This document shows, one piece after another, positions 29,475-38,446 of a DNA stretch of 64,000 bases. The position numbers and the translations under genes are program-made. The notes beneath the pieces were generated by a model that made no database searches, was not told the origin of the DNA, and saw only the letters and a list, made by a program, of their open reading frames with translations. Position 1 is the first letter of the stretch; every line of letters begins with the position of its first letter. Source of the DNA: an uncultured Gemmatimonadales bacterium (GTDB lineage Bacteria > Gemmatimonadota > Gemmatimonadetes > Longimicrobiales > RSA9). The stretch spans positions 1,984,001 through 2,048,000 of the forward strand of contig OY970192.1 in the NCBI GenBank assembly GCA_963708135.1, read 5' to 3'.

Positions 29475-30845
29475 TCAGGGCTCCGGCACCACGGGTCCGC
29501 CGACGGCCTCCTCGAGCGCGGCCACGGCGAGAGCCCAGCCGTAGCGGGCCTCCACGGCCTGTCGCTCGGCCGCGGCGGCGCGGTCGATCAGCGTCTGCAG
29601 CTCGGTGAACGAGAGGGCGCCGAGCTCGTACTTGCGCTGCGCCAGCCCGATCCGCTCGCGGCTGAGCGAGTCGGCCTGCTCCGCCAGCGTCACGGCGCCA
29701 CGCGCGACGCGCAGGTCCACCAGCGCGGAGCGCACGCCCGCCTCGACGGCGAAGCGCTCCGCGCGCAGATCCTGCTCGGCCGCCGTGCGCGCCACATCCG
29801 CGGCCGCCACCGCCGCGGAGGTGCGCAGGTTGTCGAAGAGGGGGAGCGATGCCGAGAGCCCGAAGTAGAGGGTGCGATTCTGCGGGTTCAGCTCGCCGAG
29901 CGCGCCATAGTTGGTGAGGCTCATCGAGCGGCCGAGCCCGGCGTTGAGGCTGAGCCGGGGCCAGCGCCCGCCACGGGCGCCGGCCGCCCGGGCCGACGCG
30001 GCGCGCGCGTCCGCCCGCGCAGCCGCGAGCGCCGGGTGCGCCGAGAGCGCACGGGCCAGGAGTCGGTCGGCCGGGAGCGAATCGGCATCGAAGTCGGCCG
30101 GGAAGTCGTCCGTGAGCACGTAGGCGACGCTGCCGGGCTCCTCCCCCATCGCCTGTGCCAGCGCCAGGTCCGCCTTCTCGACCTCGCCCTCCGCGCGCGC
30201 GACGGCTTGTTGCTGCGCCGCCACATCCACGCGTGCGCCCAGCACGTCGGCCGGATCGGTGCGCGCCACGCGCAGCATGGCCTCCGTTCCGGCCAGCCGC
30301 TCGCGCGCGGAGGCGAGGAGCCGCCGCTCGAGCTCGACGACCCGGCGCGCACGCACGGCCTGGTAGTAGCGGCCGGCGACCTCGGCGCGCAGGCGCAGCG
30401 CCTCGCTCGCGGCGGTCGCGTTGGCCGCGTCCGCATCGGCGCGCGCCGCCCGCAAGGCGCTCACGTTGGCCAGGCCATCGAAGAGGTCGAGGGAAGCGGA
30501 GAGCGACTGGCTCGTGCTGCTGTTGCGGAAGTCCTCCGGCGTGTCCAGCCGGCGCGGGCGGCCGAAGTCGTCCTCGCCCGTGACCGCGCGCGAATCGTTA
30601 CCCGACATGTTGATTCCGGCGGAGAGCGACGGCAGAAATGCCGCCCACGCGCGCCGGGTCCCGGCGCTCGCCGCATCCACCGCCGCCACCGTTTTCCGGT
30701 AGGCGGGCGCCCGATCGAGCGCCCCGCGCACGGCATCGGGGAGGGAGAGACGGAGGGTGTCGGAGGCGGAAGGCCGCTGCGCGCCGGCGGCGCGCGGCGG
30801 GAGCGTCGCCAGAAGGGTCAGGGCGAGAAGGAACGGGCGGCGCAT
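29475..30845 (-). CDS. TolC-family outer membrane efflux protein
   Basis: Signal peptide, LSLPDAV, PSLS and PRLSL, LPLFD, YELG. Confidence 0.92.
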   Translation of the reverse strand: MRRPFLLALTLLATLPPRAAGAQRPSASDTLRLSLPDAVRGALDRAPAYRKTVAAVDAASAGTRRAWAAFLPSLSAGINMSGNDSRAVTGEDDFGRPRRLDTPEDFRNSSTSQSLSASLDLFDGLANVSALRAARADADAANATAASEALRLRAEVAGRYYQAVRARRVVELERRLLASARERLAGTEAMLRVARTDPADVLGARVDVAAQQQAVARAEGEVEKADLALAQAMGEEPGSVAYVLTDDFPADFDADSLPADRLLARALSAHPALAAARADARAASARAAGARGGRWPRLSLNAGLGRSMSLTNYGALGELNPQNRTLYFGLSASLPLFDNLRTSAAVAAADVARTAAEQDLRAERFAVEAGVRSALVDLRVARGAVTLAEQADSLSRERIGLAQRKYELGALSFTELQTLIDRAAAAERQAVEARYGWALAVAALEEAVGGPVVPEP

Positions 30846-30852
30846 GGGGCCG

Positions 30853-32052
30853 CTACTCCGGCCGGCCGCCGGCGGCCGCGGCGTGCGCCACCAGCCGCAC
30901 GCGCGCGTCGTGGACGAGGGTGTACTGCCCGCCGGTCAGCACGATCTCGCCCGGGCGGACGCTGTCCGTCTCCGGGTTCGGCACGATCTCGACGAGGGAA
31001 TCGTTGGTCAGGCCGGTGGTGACGTAGCGCCACTTGGCGAGCCCGGAGGAGGGACCGTCCGGCGCGTAGACGAAGAGCATCGTGCGCCGGTCGCGCTCGA
31101 GGATGGCCGAGCGCGGCACGAGCACGCGGCCGGGCAGGCGGCGCGCCTCGAGCGAGACCCGGGCGTACATCCCCGGCAGGATGCGGCCGCGCGGGTTCGC
31201 CACCTCGACCGTGACCGTGGCCGCGCGGCTCCGCCGATCCACCTCGGGGTTGATCGCCGCGATCCGCCCCGCGACCGGGGCGCCGGGAAACGCCGAGAAG
31301 GCGACGCTCGCGCGGCCGCCGGGACGCAGGCGGGCGAGATCCCCCTCGAGCACCTGGACCTCGACCCGGATCGGATCCACGTCGAGCACCGTGAGCAGCG
31401 GATCCCCCGGCCGGACCCACTGCCCCGGCGTCACCTTCACGTCCGCCACCCGGCCCGCGAACGGCGCCGTCACGCGCGTCTCCGCCAGCCGGTAGGCCGC
31501 CCGCCGCACCGCCACCTCCGCCGCGTCCAGGCCACTTCTGGCCCGCGCCGCCTCCGCCCGCTCGGCCCGCACCCGCGCGTCGTCGATCCGGTCGTCGAAG
31601 AGCGTCAGCTCGCGGTAGCTGGCCTGCGCCTGCCGCAGCTGCGCCGCCGCCGCGTCCCGGTCCAAAACGTATTCCGTCGAGTCCAGCGTGACGAGCGCGC
31701 GCCCGGCCGCCACGCTCGCGTCCTCCCCCGCCGAGACGGCCAGCACCCGCCCCGCGACGCGCGCCAGGAGGACCGCCGAGCGCGCCGGCGCGGCCTCCGC
31801 CGCCGCGGACACCGACAGGACCAGCGTCCCCCGCTCCGCCGGCACGCCCTCCACCGGGATGGCGAGACCGCTGCCCGCCGACTCGCGGCCCGCGTCATCG
31901 CCCGGCGAGACCATGGACGCCGCCGCGGCGTCCAGGTCATCCCCGCCCGCATCCGCCGCGGCCGAGTGCCGATGGAGGACGAGGAACCCGAGGAGAACGA
32001 GTCCGATGATCGCGCCGGCCGCGAGGACCGGGCGCGTGCGTAGCGATGCCAT
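30853..32052 (-). CDS. RND periplasmic adaptor (MFP)
   Basis: N-terminal TM, VAGRV, APFAGRV, INPEVD, LPGMYARV, VPRSAI. Confidence 0.93.
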   Translation of the reverse strand: MASLRTRPVLAAGAIIGLVLLGFLVLHRHSAAADAGGDDLDAAAASMVSPGDDAGRESAGSGLAIPVEGVPAERGTLVLSVSAAAEAAPARSAVLLARVAGRVLAVSAGEDASVAAGRALVTLDSTEYVLDRDAAAAQLRQAQASYRELTLFDDRIDDARVRAERAEAARARSGLDAAEVAVRRAAYRLAETRVTAPFAGRVADVKVTPGQWVRPGDPLLTVLDVDPIRVEVQVLEGDLARLRPGGRASVAFSAFPGAPVAGRIAAINPEVDRRSRAATVTVEVANPRGRILPGMYARVSLEARRLPGRVLVPRSAILERDRRTMLFVYAPDGPSSGLAKWRYVTTGLTNDSLVEIVPNPETDSVRPGEIVLTGGQYTLVHDARVRLVAHAAAAGGRPE

Positions 32053-32162
32053 GGCGGGTGCCGGGAAGGGCCGTCAGCGGCCACGGAGCTGGCGCACCGG
32101 AACCTGTGAGGGGGGGGCAGGCGGCACGCGGGTCATCCCCACGTTGTCCGTGGCGGTCCGTC

Positions 32163-32186
32163 AAGTCAATAGTAGTAACTTGACTT
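32163..32186. promoter_or_regulatory. AT-rich inverted repeat, candidate operator of the efflux operon
   Basis: AAGTCAA-N10-TTGACTT overlapping minus-strand TTGACT/TTGACG hexamers, about 110 bp upstream of the MFP gene. Confidence 0.6.
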
Positions 32187-32268
32187 AGACCATCCTCCCC
32201 CGCGGAAGACGCTCAAAGTCCGTGCAGGAGAAGAAACGAAGAGCGGAGGCCATGGCTGCGACAGTCCC

Positions 32269-33351
32269 TCAGCGGGCGCGAATCTCCTCGCGGGCGGCGC
32301 GCGAGGCGGCCCTCAGTCGCTCGAGCGCGTCGCGGCCGGCGCCCGCGTCGATGGCCCGCTCGGCTTCGGCCACCCCGTCGGCGAGCGAGGGCGCGCGGTC
32401 GGCGAGGTAGATGGCGGCGCCGGCGTTGAGGGCAACGGCGGCGCGGGCCGCGCCGGCGAGGCTGCCGGCCAGGAGCGCCTCGATGAGGCGGGCGTTGGCC
32501 TCGGGCTCCTGGCCGGCCAGCTCCGCCGCGTCGAGGTCGGTCCAGCCGAACGCCTGCGCGGGATCGAGGGTGTAGCGCGAGAGGACGCCCTCGCGGAGCT
32601 CGATGACGTCGGTCGGGCCGAGCGGGCTGAGCTCGTCGAGGCCGGGCTCGCCGTGCACAACGAGGGCGCGCTCGTGGGCCAGCTCGCGGAGCGCGCCGGC
32701 GATCAGCTCGAGGAGCGCCGGGTCCGCCACGCCCACGACCTGGCGCGCGGCGCCCGCGGGATTGGTGAGCGGGCCGAGCACGTTCATGATGGTGGGCATG
32801 CGCAGCTCGCTGCGCACGGGTCCTACGTGGCGCATGGCGGGGTGCAGCAGGGGCGCGAACATGAAGACGATGCCGGCGCGCTCGAGGACCTCGGCCATGC
32901 CGTCCGGCGTGAGGTCGATCGCCACGCCGAGCCGCTCGAGCACGTCGGCGCTGCCGCAGCGCGAGGTGAAGGAGCGGTTGCCGTGCTTGGCGATGCGCAC
33001 GCCCGCGCCGGCGGCCAGGAGCGCGGCGGCGGTCGAGATGTTGAAGGTCGTGAGGGCGCCGCCGCCCGTCCCGCAGGTGTCGAGGAGGGGCGCGCCGGGC
33101 CCGGCCGGCACGGGGATCATGGCGCGCCGGAGCGCGCGCACCCCGCCGGCCACCTCGGAGGAGGTCTCTCCCTTGGCGCGCAGCGCGGCGAGCAGCGCCG
33201 CGATCTGGACGGGGGTGGCGCGCCCCTCCATGACGGTCGAGAAGGCGGCCTCCGCCTCGTCGATCGAGAGGTCGTGCCGGCCGGCCACGCGGGCGATGAG
33301 GCTCGCCAGCGAGGGACCGACCGGCTCCTCGTTCAGCGGTGCATCGGGCAC
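32269..33351 (-). CDS. trpD: Anthranilate phosphoribosyltransferase
   Basis: DTCGTGG, FNIST, KHGNRS, GSADVLE, GPLTNP; start approximate. Confidence 0.96.
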   Translation of the reverse strand: MPDAPLNEEPVGPSLASLIARVAGRHDLSIDEAEAAFSTVMEGRATPVQIAALLAALRAKGETSSEVAGGVRALRRAMIPVPAGPGAPLLDTCGTGGGALTTFNISTAAALLAAGAGVRIAKHGNRSFTSRCGSADVLERLGVAIDLTPDGMAEVLERAGIVFMFAPLLHPAMRHVGPVRSELRMPTIMNVLGPLTNPAGAARQVVGVADPALLELIAGALRELAHERALVVHGEPGLDELSPLGPTDVIELREGVLSRYTLDPAQAFGWTDLDAAELAGQEPEANARLIEALLAGSLAGAARAAVALNAGAAIYLADRAPSLADGVAEAERAIDAGAGRDALERLRAASRAAREEIRAR

Positions 33352-33422
33352 GCTTCGGCTCCGTGGTTGCCGGTCGGGCCGTGCAACGCTCGCGGACCCC
33401 GCGGCGGCGACGTCGCCATCCG

Positions 33423-35360
33423 CTACGGTCCCCCGCTGGCGGCGGCCGCGGCTGTACCCCAGGTGTCGTTGGTGCGGTCCTGGTCGGGCAGCGCGTGCTT
33501 CGGGTCGAGCGTCACGCCGGTGAGCTTCGCCGGGAGAAGCGTCGTATAGACGTAGCGGTTCCCGCCGTACCAGATCTGGACGGGCAGGTGGACGTCCCGC
33601 GTCTGGCCGTTGGCGAGGACGAGGCGCAGGTCCACGGGCATGACGGCGGGCTTGCGGTTCTCCAGCACGATGCTCGCCTGCTCGCTCCTGCCGAGGGCGG
33701 TCTCGGTGACGGTGTCCACGGCCTGGTCGAGCTGGTCCGTGGTGTAGAACCACTCGCGGAAGAACCAGCTCAGGTCCTGGCCGGAGACGTCCTCCATGGT
33801 GCGGAAGAAGTCCGCGGGCCGCGGATGCTTCCAGGCCCAGCGCGCGATGTAGGCGCGGAAGGCGGTGTCGAAGACGCTGTCGCCGAGCACCTGGTCGCGG
33901 AGCAGGTTCAGCACCATGCCGGGCTTGCGGTAGCCGACCTCCCCGAGCGCCGCGGCATCGATCCGGTCGGGCGGCGTCATCAGGGGCTGCTCCATGCCCA
34001 TCATCACGGCCTGCTCGTACGCCTGCCGGTACGACGCCGCGGCGTTGCTGCCGGGGTAGCGGCGGTCGTTGGCGAACTCGTCGATGAAGGTGTTGAACCC
34101 CTCATCCATGAAGACGAAGCGCCGCTCGTTGGAGCCGACGATCATCGGGAACCACTCGTGCCCGTGCTCGTGCGCGATGGTGCCGAAGATCCCCTTCTCC
34201 TGCCCCTGCGCGCTCACCATCACGAACATCGGGTACTCCATCCCGCCCACGGGGCCGGCCACGCTGGTGGCCTGCGGCCAGGGGAAGTCGAACCAGCGCT
34301 TCGAGAACTCGTCGATCGAGAAGCAGGTCATGTCCGCGGCCGTACGCCACGCCTTGCTCGCGGCCGGCTGATAGTACGACTGGCACAGGACGCCGTCGCG
34401 GCTGGTGGCGTCCCACAGGAAGTCGGGCGCCCCGGCCCAGGCGAAGTCGTGCACGTTCTTCGCCGTGAAATGCCAGGTGCGGGTGCCGCTCCCGGCCGGG
34501 CGGCCCGCGCCCTTGGCCGCCTCCGCGGGGGTGATGATGGCGACCTGCTCCGTCGTCTTCGCGGCCCTGGCCAGGCGCTCCCGCTCCGCCGCCGAGAGCA
34601 CGTCCTCGGGATTCTGCAGCGTGCCCGTGGCCGCCACCACGTAGCCGGCCGGCACCGTGAGCGACACGTCGAAGTCGCCGTACTCGAGGTAGAACTCGCC
34701 CTGCCCGAGGTAGGGGTCCGTGTTCCACCCGTTCACGTCGTCGTACACGGCGAGGCGGGGATACCACTGCGCGATCTCGTACAGCTTCCCCTCGTGGGCC
34801 ATGCGGTCCGAGCCGTGCTCGGGGACCGGGAACGACCAGCCGAAGGCGAGCTGCGTCTCCTGCCCCGGCGCCAGCGGCGCGGGCAGGTCCACGCGCATCA
34901 TGGTGTCGTACGTGTAGGTGTGGGCCGTCTGCCCGCCCGCCCTGGTGTAGCGGATCGTGATACCGCCCGCGAAGTTGCGCGCCCCCCAGCGGCCCTGGGC
35001 CGGGAACACCCTGGAGCCGAGGCTGCCGGGCCGGTAGATGTTCTGGTCGAGCTGCATCCAGACGAAGCGCAGCGTGTCGGGAGAGCCGTTGCGGTAGCGG
35101 ATCGTCTCCGTGCCGGAGACCGTCACGGCGGCCGTATCGAGCGCGGCCTCAATGGTGTAGTCGGCGCGCTGCTGCCAGTACGCGGGGCCGGGCATGCCGG
35201 AGGCCGACCGGTACTGGTTCGGCGTGGCGAGCTCGAGACGGCGAAACATCGAGGTGTCACCGTTCGCGAGCGGCGTATCCTGGGCCCGGAGCACCGCGGG
35301 AGCGGCCAGGGCGAGGGCCACGAGCGCGCCCGCGACCACGCGCGGAAGTCTTTCTCTCAT
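33423..35360 (-). CDS. M1-family aminopeptidase, secreted
   Basis: Signal peptide, GGMEYP, HEHGHEWF...MDEG. Confidence 0.93.
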   Translation of the reverse strand: MRERLPRVVAGALVALALAAPAVLRAQDTPLANGDTSMFRRLELATPNQYRSASGMPGPAYWQQRADYTIEAALDTAAVTVSGTETIRYRNGSPDTLRFVWMQLDQNIYRPGSLGSRVFPAQGRWGARNFAGGITIRYTRAGGQTAHTYTYDTMMRVDLPAPLAPGQETQLAFGWSFPVPEHGSDRMAHEGKLYEIAQWYPRLAVYDDVNGWNTDPYLGQGEFYLEYGDFDVSLTVPAGYVVAATGTLQNPEDVLSAAERERLARAAKTTEQVAIITPAEAAKGAGRPAGSGTRTWHFTAKNVHDFAWAGAPDFLWDATSRDGVLCQSYYQPAASKAWRTAADMTCFSIDEFSKRWFDFPWPQATSVAGPVGGMEYPMFVMVSAQGQEKGIFGTIAHEHGHEWFPMIVGSNERRFVFMDEGFNTFIDEFANDRRYPGSNAAASYRQAYEQAVMMGMEQPLMTPPDRIDAAALGEVGYRKPGMVLNLLRDQVLGDSVFDTAFRAYIARWAWKHPRPADFFRTMEDVSGQDLSWFFREWFYTTDQLDQAVDTVTETALGRSEQASIVLENRKPAVMPVDLRLVLANGQTRDVHLPVQIWYGGNRYVYTTLLPAKLTGVTLDPKHALPDQDRTNDTWGTAAAAASGGP

Positions 35361-35455
35361 ATCATGTTTCCGGATCCTGTCATTGTCTGTTCCGGGGTCC
35401 GGAAGCTAACATGCGGCCCGCCGGCCCGCGAGTTCGGGTGCGCAGGCGACGGGGC

Positions 35456-35554
35456 CGGGCACGCCGCGCGCGCGCACGGACCGCGCCGATAGCCACTCTC
35501 GCCATCGCGGGTGAAGCTGAACGGGCACGCCGCGCGCGCGCACGGACCGCGCCG
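35456..35554. repeat. Two exact 33 bp direct repeats with a 33 bp spacer
   Basis: CGGGCACGCCGCGCGCGCGCACGGACCGCGCCG at 35456-35488 and 35522-35554. Confidence 0.9.
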
Positions 35555-35669
35555 GTGGCGACAGCCTTCCGCGCGGCGCGGAACGGCGCTCGCGTGCCGT
35601 CACGGGGGAAGGCGGTGGGCAGGCAACGAACCGGGATGCGGCCCCGCGACCGGGGCACGGGAGAGGGAC

Positions 35670-36791
35670 ATGGCCGACGGCGATGTGAAGCGGTGGCGCA
35701 CCTTCTGGCAGGACGAGGGCGAGTCGGCGTACCTGTACCGCGTGCTGGCGGAGCTGGAGACGGACCCGCGCCGCCGCAAGCTCTTCGAGCGCCTGGCGGA
35801 GGTGGAGATCGACCACCAGGAGGTGTTCGCCAAGCTGCTGACGGAGCGCGGCAAGCCGCCGGGCTCGTTCCGGCCGGGGCTGCGCGCGCGGCTGCTCGGG
35901 ATCGTGGCGCGGCGGGGTGGCGCGAGCACGGTGCTCTCGCTGCGCATCGCGGACGAGGCGCGCGAGGTGAAGAAATACCTGAAGGAGGGCAGCGAATCGC
36001 TGGCCGGCAGCGTGGGCCTCGGCGAGCAGGTCGCGCGCGACGAGGCGCGGCACGCCGAGATGCTGATTGGGCTCGCGGGCCGCACGGGCGAGCCGTGGCA
36101 CCGCACCGAGTCCGGCGGCTTCATCCACAACGTGGTCTACGGCTTCAACGACGGGCTGACGGCGAACTTCGGGCTGGTGATGGGCGTGCTCGGCGCGGGC
36201 GTCGCGCCCGGCTTCCTGCTGCTCTCGGGGGTCGCCGGGCTGGTGGCGGACGCGCTCTCGATGGGGAGCAGCTCCTACCTGGCGGTGAAGAGCGAGCAGG
36301 AGGTCTACGCGCACGAGCTGGAGCTGGAGCGCGAGGAGCTGCGCCTCATGCCGGAGGTCGAGACGGAGGAGCTCGCGCTGCTCTACGAGGCCAAGGGGAT
36401 GCCCGCCGAGGCGGCCCGCGAGGCCGCCGCGCAGGTCATGGCGGACCCCGAGATCGCGCTGCAGGAGAAGGCGCGCGAGGAGCTCGGCATCTCGGGCGAG
36501 CAGATCTCGCCGATCAACGAGGGCCTGCTGACCGGGATCGCGACGGGGATCGGCGCGTTGATCCCGGTCTTTCCCTTCTTCTTCGGCAGCAGCCACGTGG
36601 CGGTCTGGTTCGCCTTCTCGATCAGCATGCTCTCCCATTTCGGTGTCGGCGCCGCGCGCAGCCTGTTCACGGGCCGCGGCGTCATCCGGAGCGGCATCGA
36701 CATGTTCGTCGTCGGCCTGGGTGTGGCCATCGTCGGCTACCTCGTGGGCGGCCTCATCACGGGAGGAATGGCGATGCCGGGGCGCCCGTGA
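35670..36791 (+). CDS. VIT1/CCC1 transporter with N-terminal ferritin/rubrerythrin-like domain
   Basis: E..H pairs (EVEIDH, DEARH); VYGFNDGL, ALSMG, AVKSE. Confidence 0.9.
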   Translation: MADGDVKRWRTFWQDEGESAYLYRVLAELETDPRRRKLFERLAEVEIDHQEVFAKLLTERGKPPGSFRPGLRARLLGIVARRGGASTVLSLRIADEAREVKKYLKEGSESLAGSVGLGEQVARDEARHAEMLIGLAGRTGEPWHRTESGGFIHNVVYGFNDGLTANFGLVMGVLGAGVAPGFLLLSGVAGLVADALSMGSSSYLAVKSEQEVYAHELELEREELRLMPEVETEELALLYEAKGMPAEAAREAAAQVMADPEIALQEKAREELGISGEQISPINEGLLTGIATGIGALIPVFPFFFGSSHVAVWFAFSISMLSHFGVGAARSLFTGRGVIRSGIDMFVVGLGVAIVGYLVGGLITGGMAMPGRP

Positions 36792-37039
36792 GGCGCGGGA
36801 TGCGGGACGGGGGATGCGGCGGGATGAAGATGACAGCCGATTCAGTCAGGCCGGCCTCTCCGGGGCAGAAGCGCGCAATCGCAAGCGCGCCCGGGTCACG
36901 CAGCTCGGGCACGAACCCTCGCACACGCACACGCACCGGCACACGGGAGACGCTCCTGAACGCTCCGGACATGAGCCGCCGATCTGAGCCCCTGTGCGTG
37001 TGCTGATGCGTGTGCGCTCTTCGTGGGCGGGTGCGTCCA

Positions 37040-37292
37040 CGCGCCCGATGGCCTGCCGCGCGACGGCCAGGTCGAGGAGCTGCAGCGCCTTCCGCTGCGC
37101 CAGCTCGAGGTGGGGCGCCATCGGCCACGAAGCGCGCCCTGATGCCGGCGAGGCGGGCGCGCACGGCCCCATCGTATCCGGTGATGTGCATGGCGAGATG
37201 GGCGCCGCCGGCCACGCGCAATCGCGTGAGCAGCGTGGCGGCGAAGGCGATACCGACGCTGCCGCCGAGCTCGTGACGTTGAAGAGCCCGCG
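37040..37292 (-). pseudogene. EmrB/QacA (DHA2) MFS remnant
   Basis: GLFNVT/ELGGSVGIAFAATLL...HITGYD.../AQRKALQLLDLAVARQA with frameshifts, directly after emrA. Confidence 0.78.
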
Positions 37293-37298
37293 CGGAGC

Positions 37299-38414
37299 TC
37301 AGCGCGTGGTGATCGTGACCTCGGCGCTCATGCCGGGCCGCAGCGGATGCTTCGGGTCCTGCTGGACCCGGATCCGCACCGGGATGCGCTGGACCACCTT
37401 GGTGAAGTTGCCCGTGGCGTTGTCGGGCGGCAGCAGCGAGAACTTGGCACCCGTGGCCGGGCTCAGGCTCTCGACGGTGCCGTGGTAGGTCACCCCCGAA
37501 TAGGCGTCGACGGAGAAGTCGACCGCCTCCCCGGGATGGACGTCCTGCACCTGCGTCTCCTTCAGGTTGGCCTCCACCCAGACATCGGTGAGCGGGACCA
37601 CGCTCATGAGCGGCTGGCCCGGCTGGACGTACTGCCCCACCTCGACGCTCTTCTTGGCCACCACACCGGCCTGGGGCGCCGTCACGCGCGTATAGGAGAG
37701 CTGGAGCGCGACCTGGTCACGGGCCGCGCGCGCGGCCGCGACCCTGGCGTCCGCCGCGTCGAGACCCGCCGTGGCGGCCACGATCTGCTGGCGCGCCGCC
37801 TGGGCGTTCCGCTGCGCGGAGACGAGCTGGGCGCTGGCCGCCTCGGCCGCAGCCTCCGCGGCATCGAGCTGCTGGCGGCTGACGATGTTCTTTTCCGCCA
37901 GGGAGCGGTAGCGCTGCAGGTCGCTGGCCGTCTTCTGCGCGTTGGCGCGCGCCTGCGCCACGGCCGCATCGGCCGCGGCCGCGCCCGCCCGCGCCGCCTG
38001 CAGCTGCGCGTCCGCCTGCCCCGCCTTCCCCTTGCTCCCGGCGCTCGCCAGCAGAGCGTTCAGCTCCGCATCGGTCTGCGACAGCTTGGAGGTCAGGTCG
38101 CGGTCGTCGAGGACCACCAGCGTGTCGCCCGCGGCCACCTTCTGGTTGTCCTCCACGCGGACCCGCGCCACGAAGCCGCCGACCCGCGCCAGCACCGGCG
38201 TGATGTGGCCGTCCACCTGCGCGTCATCGGTGGTGACGTGATTGCGGGTGAACAGCCAGTGGTGGACGCCGAACGCCGCGAGACCCAGCACCAGACCGCC
38301 CAGGATGACCGGAACCAGGCGCTTGCGGCCTCCGGGCGCCTCCCGCTCCTCGACCGGCGCCGGACCCTTCCCGCCGCGCACGCCCTCGCCGTCCCTGCCC
38401 ATTACCGTCGCCAT
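37299..38414 (-). CDS. EmrA/HlyD-family adaptor
   Basis: TTDDAQVDG, ANLKETQ, PATGAKFSLLPPDNATGNFTKVVQRIPVRI. Confidence 0.95.
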   Translation of the reverse strand: MATVMGRDGEGVRGGKGPAPVEEREAPGGRKRLVPVILGGLVLGLAAFGVHHWLFTRNHVTTDDAQVDGHITPVLARVGGFVARVRVEDNQKVAAGDTLVVLDDRDLTSKLSQTDAELNALLASAGSKGKAGQADAQLQAARAGAAAADAAVAQARANAQKTASDLQRYRSLAEKNIVSRQQLDAAEAAAEAASAQLVSAQRNAQAARQQIVAATAGLDAADARVAAARAARDQVALQLSYTRVTAPQAGVVAKKSVEVGQYVQPGQPLMSVVPLTDVWVEANLKETQVQDVHPGEAVDFSVDAYSGVTYHGTVESLSPATGAKFSLLPPDNATGNFTKVVQRIPVRIRVQQDPKHPLRPGMSAEVTITTR

Positions 38415-38446
38415 CTATGTTTCTCCCCCGTTCGTGGTCGTCGCCA

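Noticed and set aside
32074..32136. 20-aa leader ORF with a G8 tract upstream of the MFP gene
   Set aside because: No regulatory codon pattern or clear RBS; the tract is plausible by chance at this GC content
35456..35554. CRISPR array
   Set aside because: Only two repeats, extremely GC-rich, no cas genes or AT-rich leader
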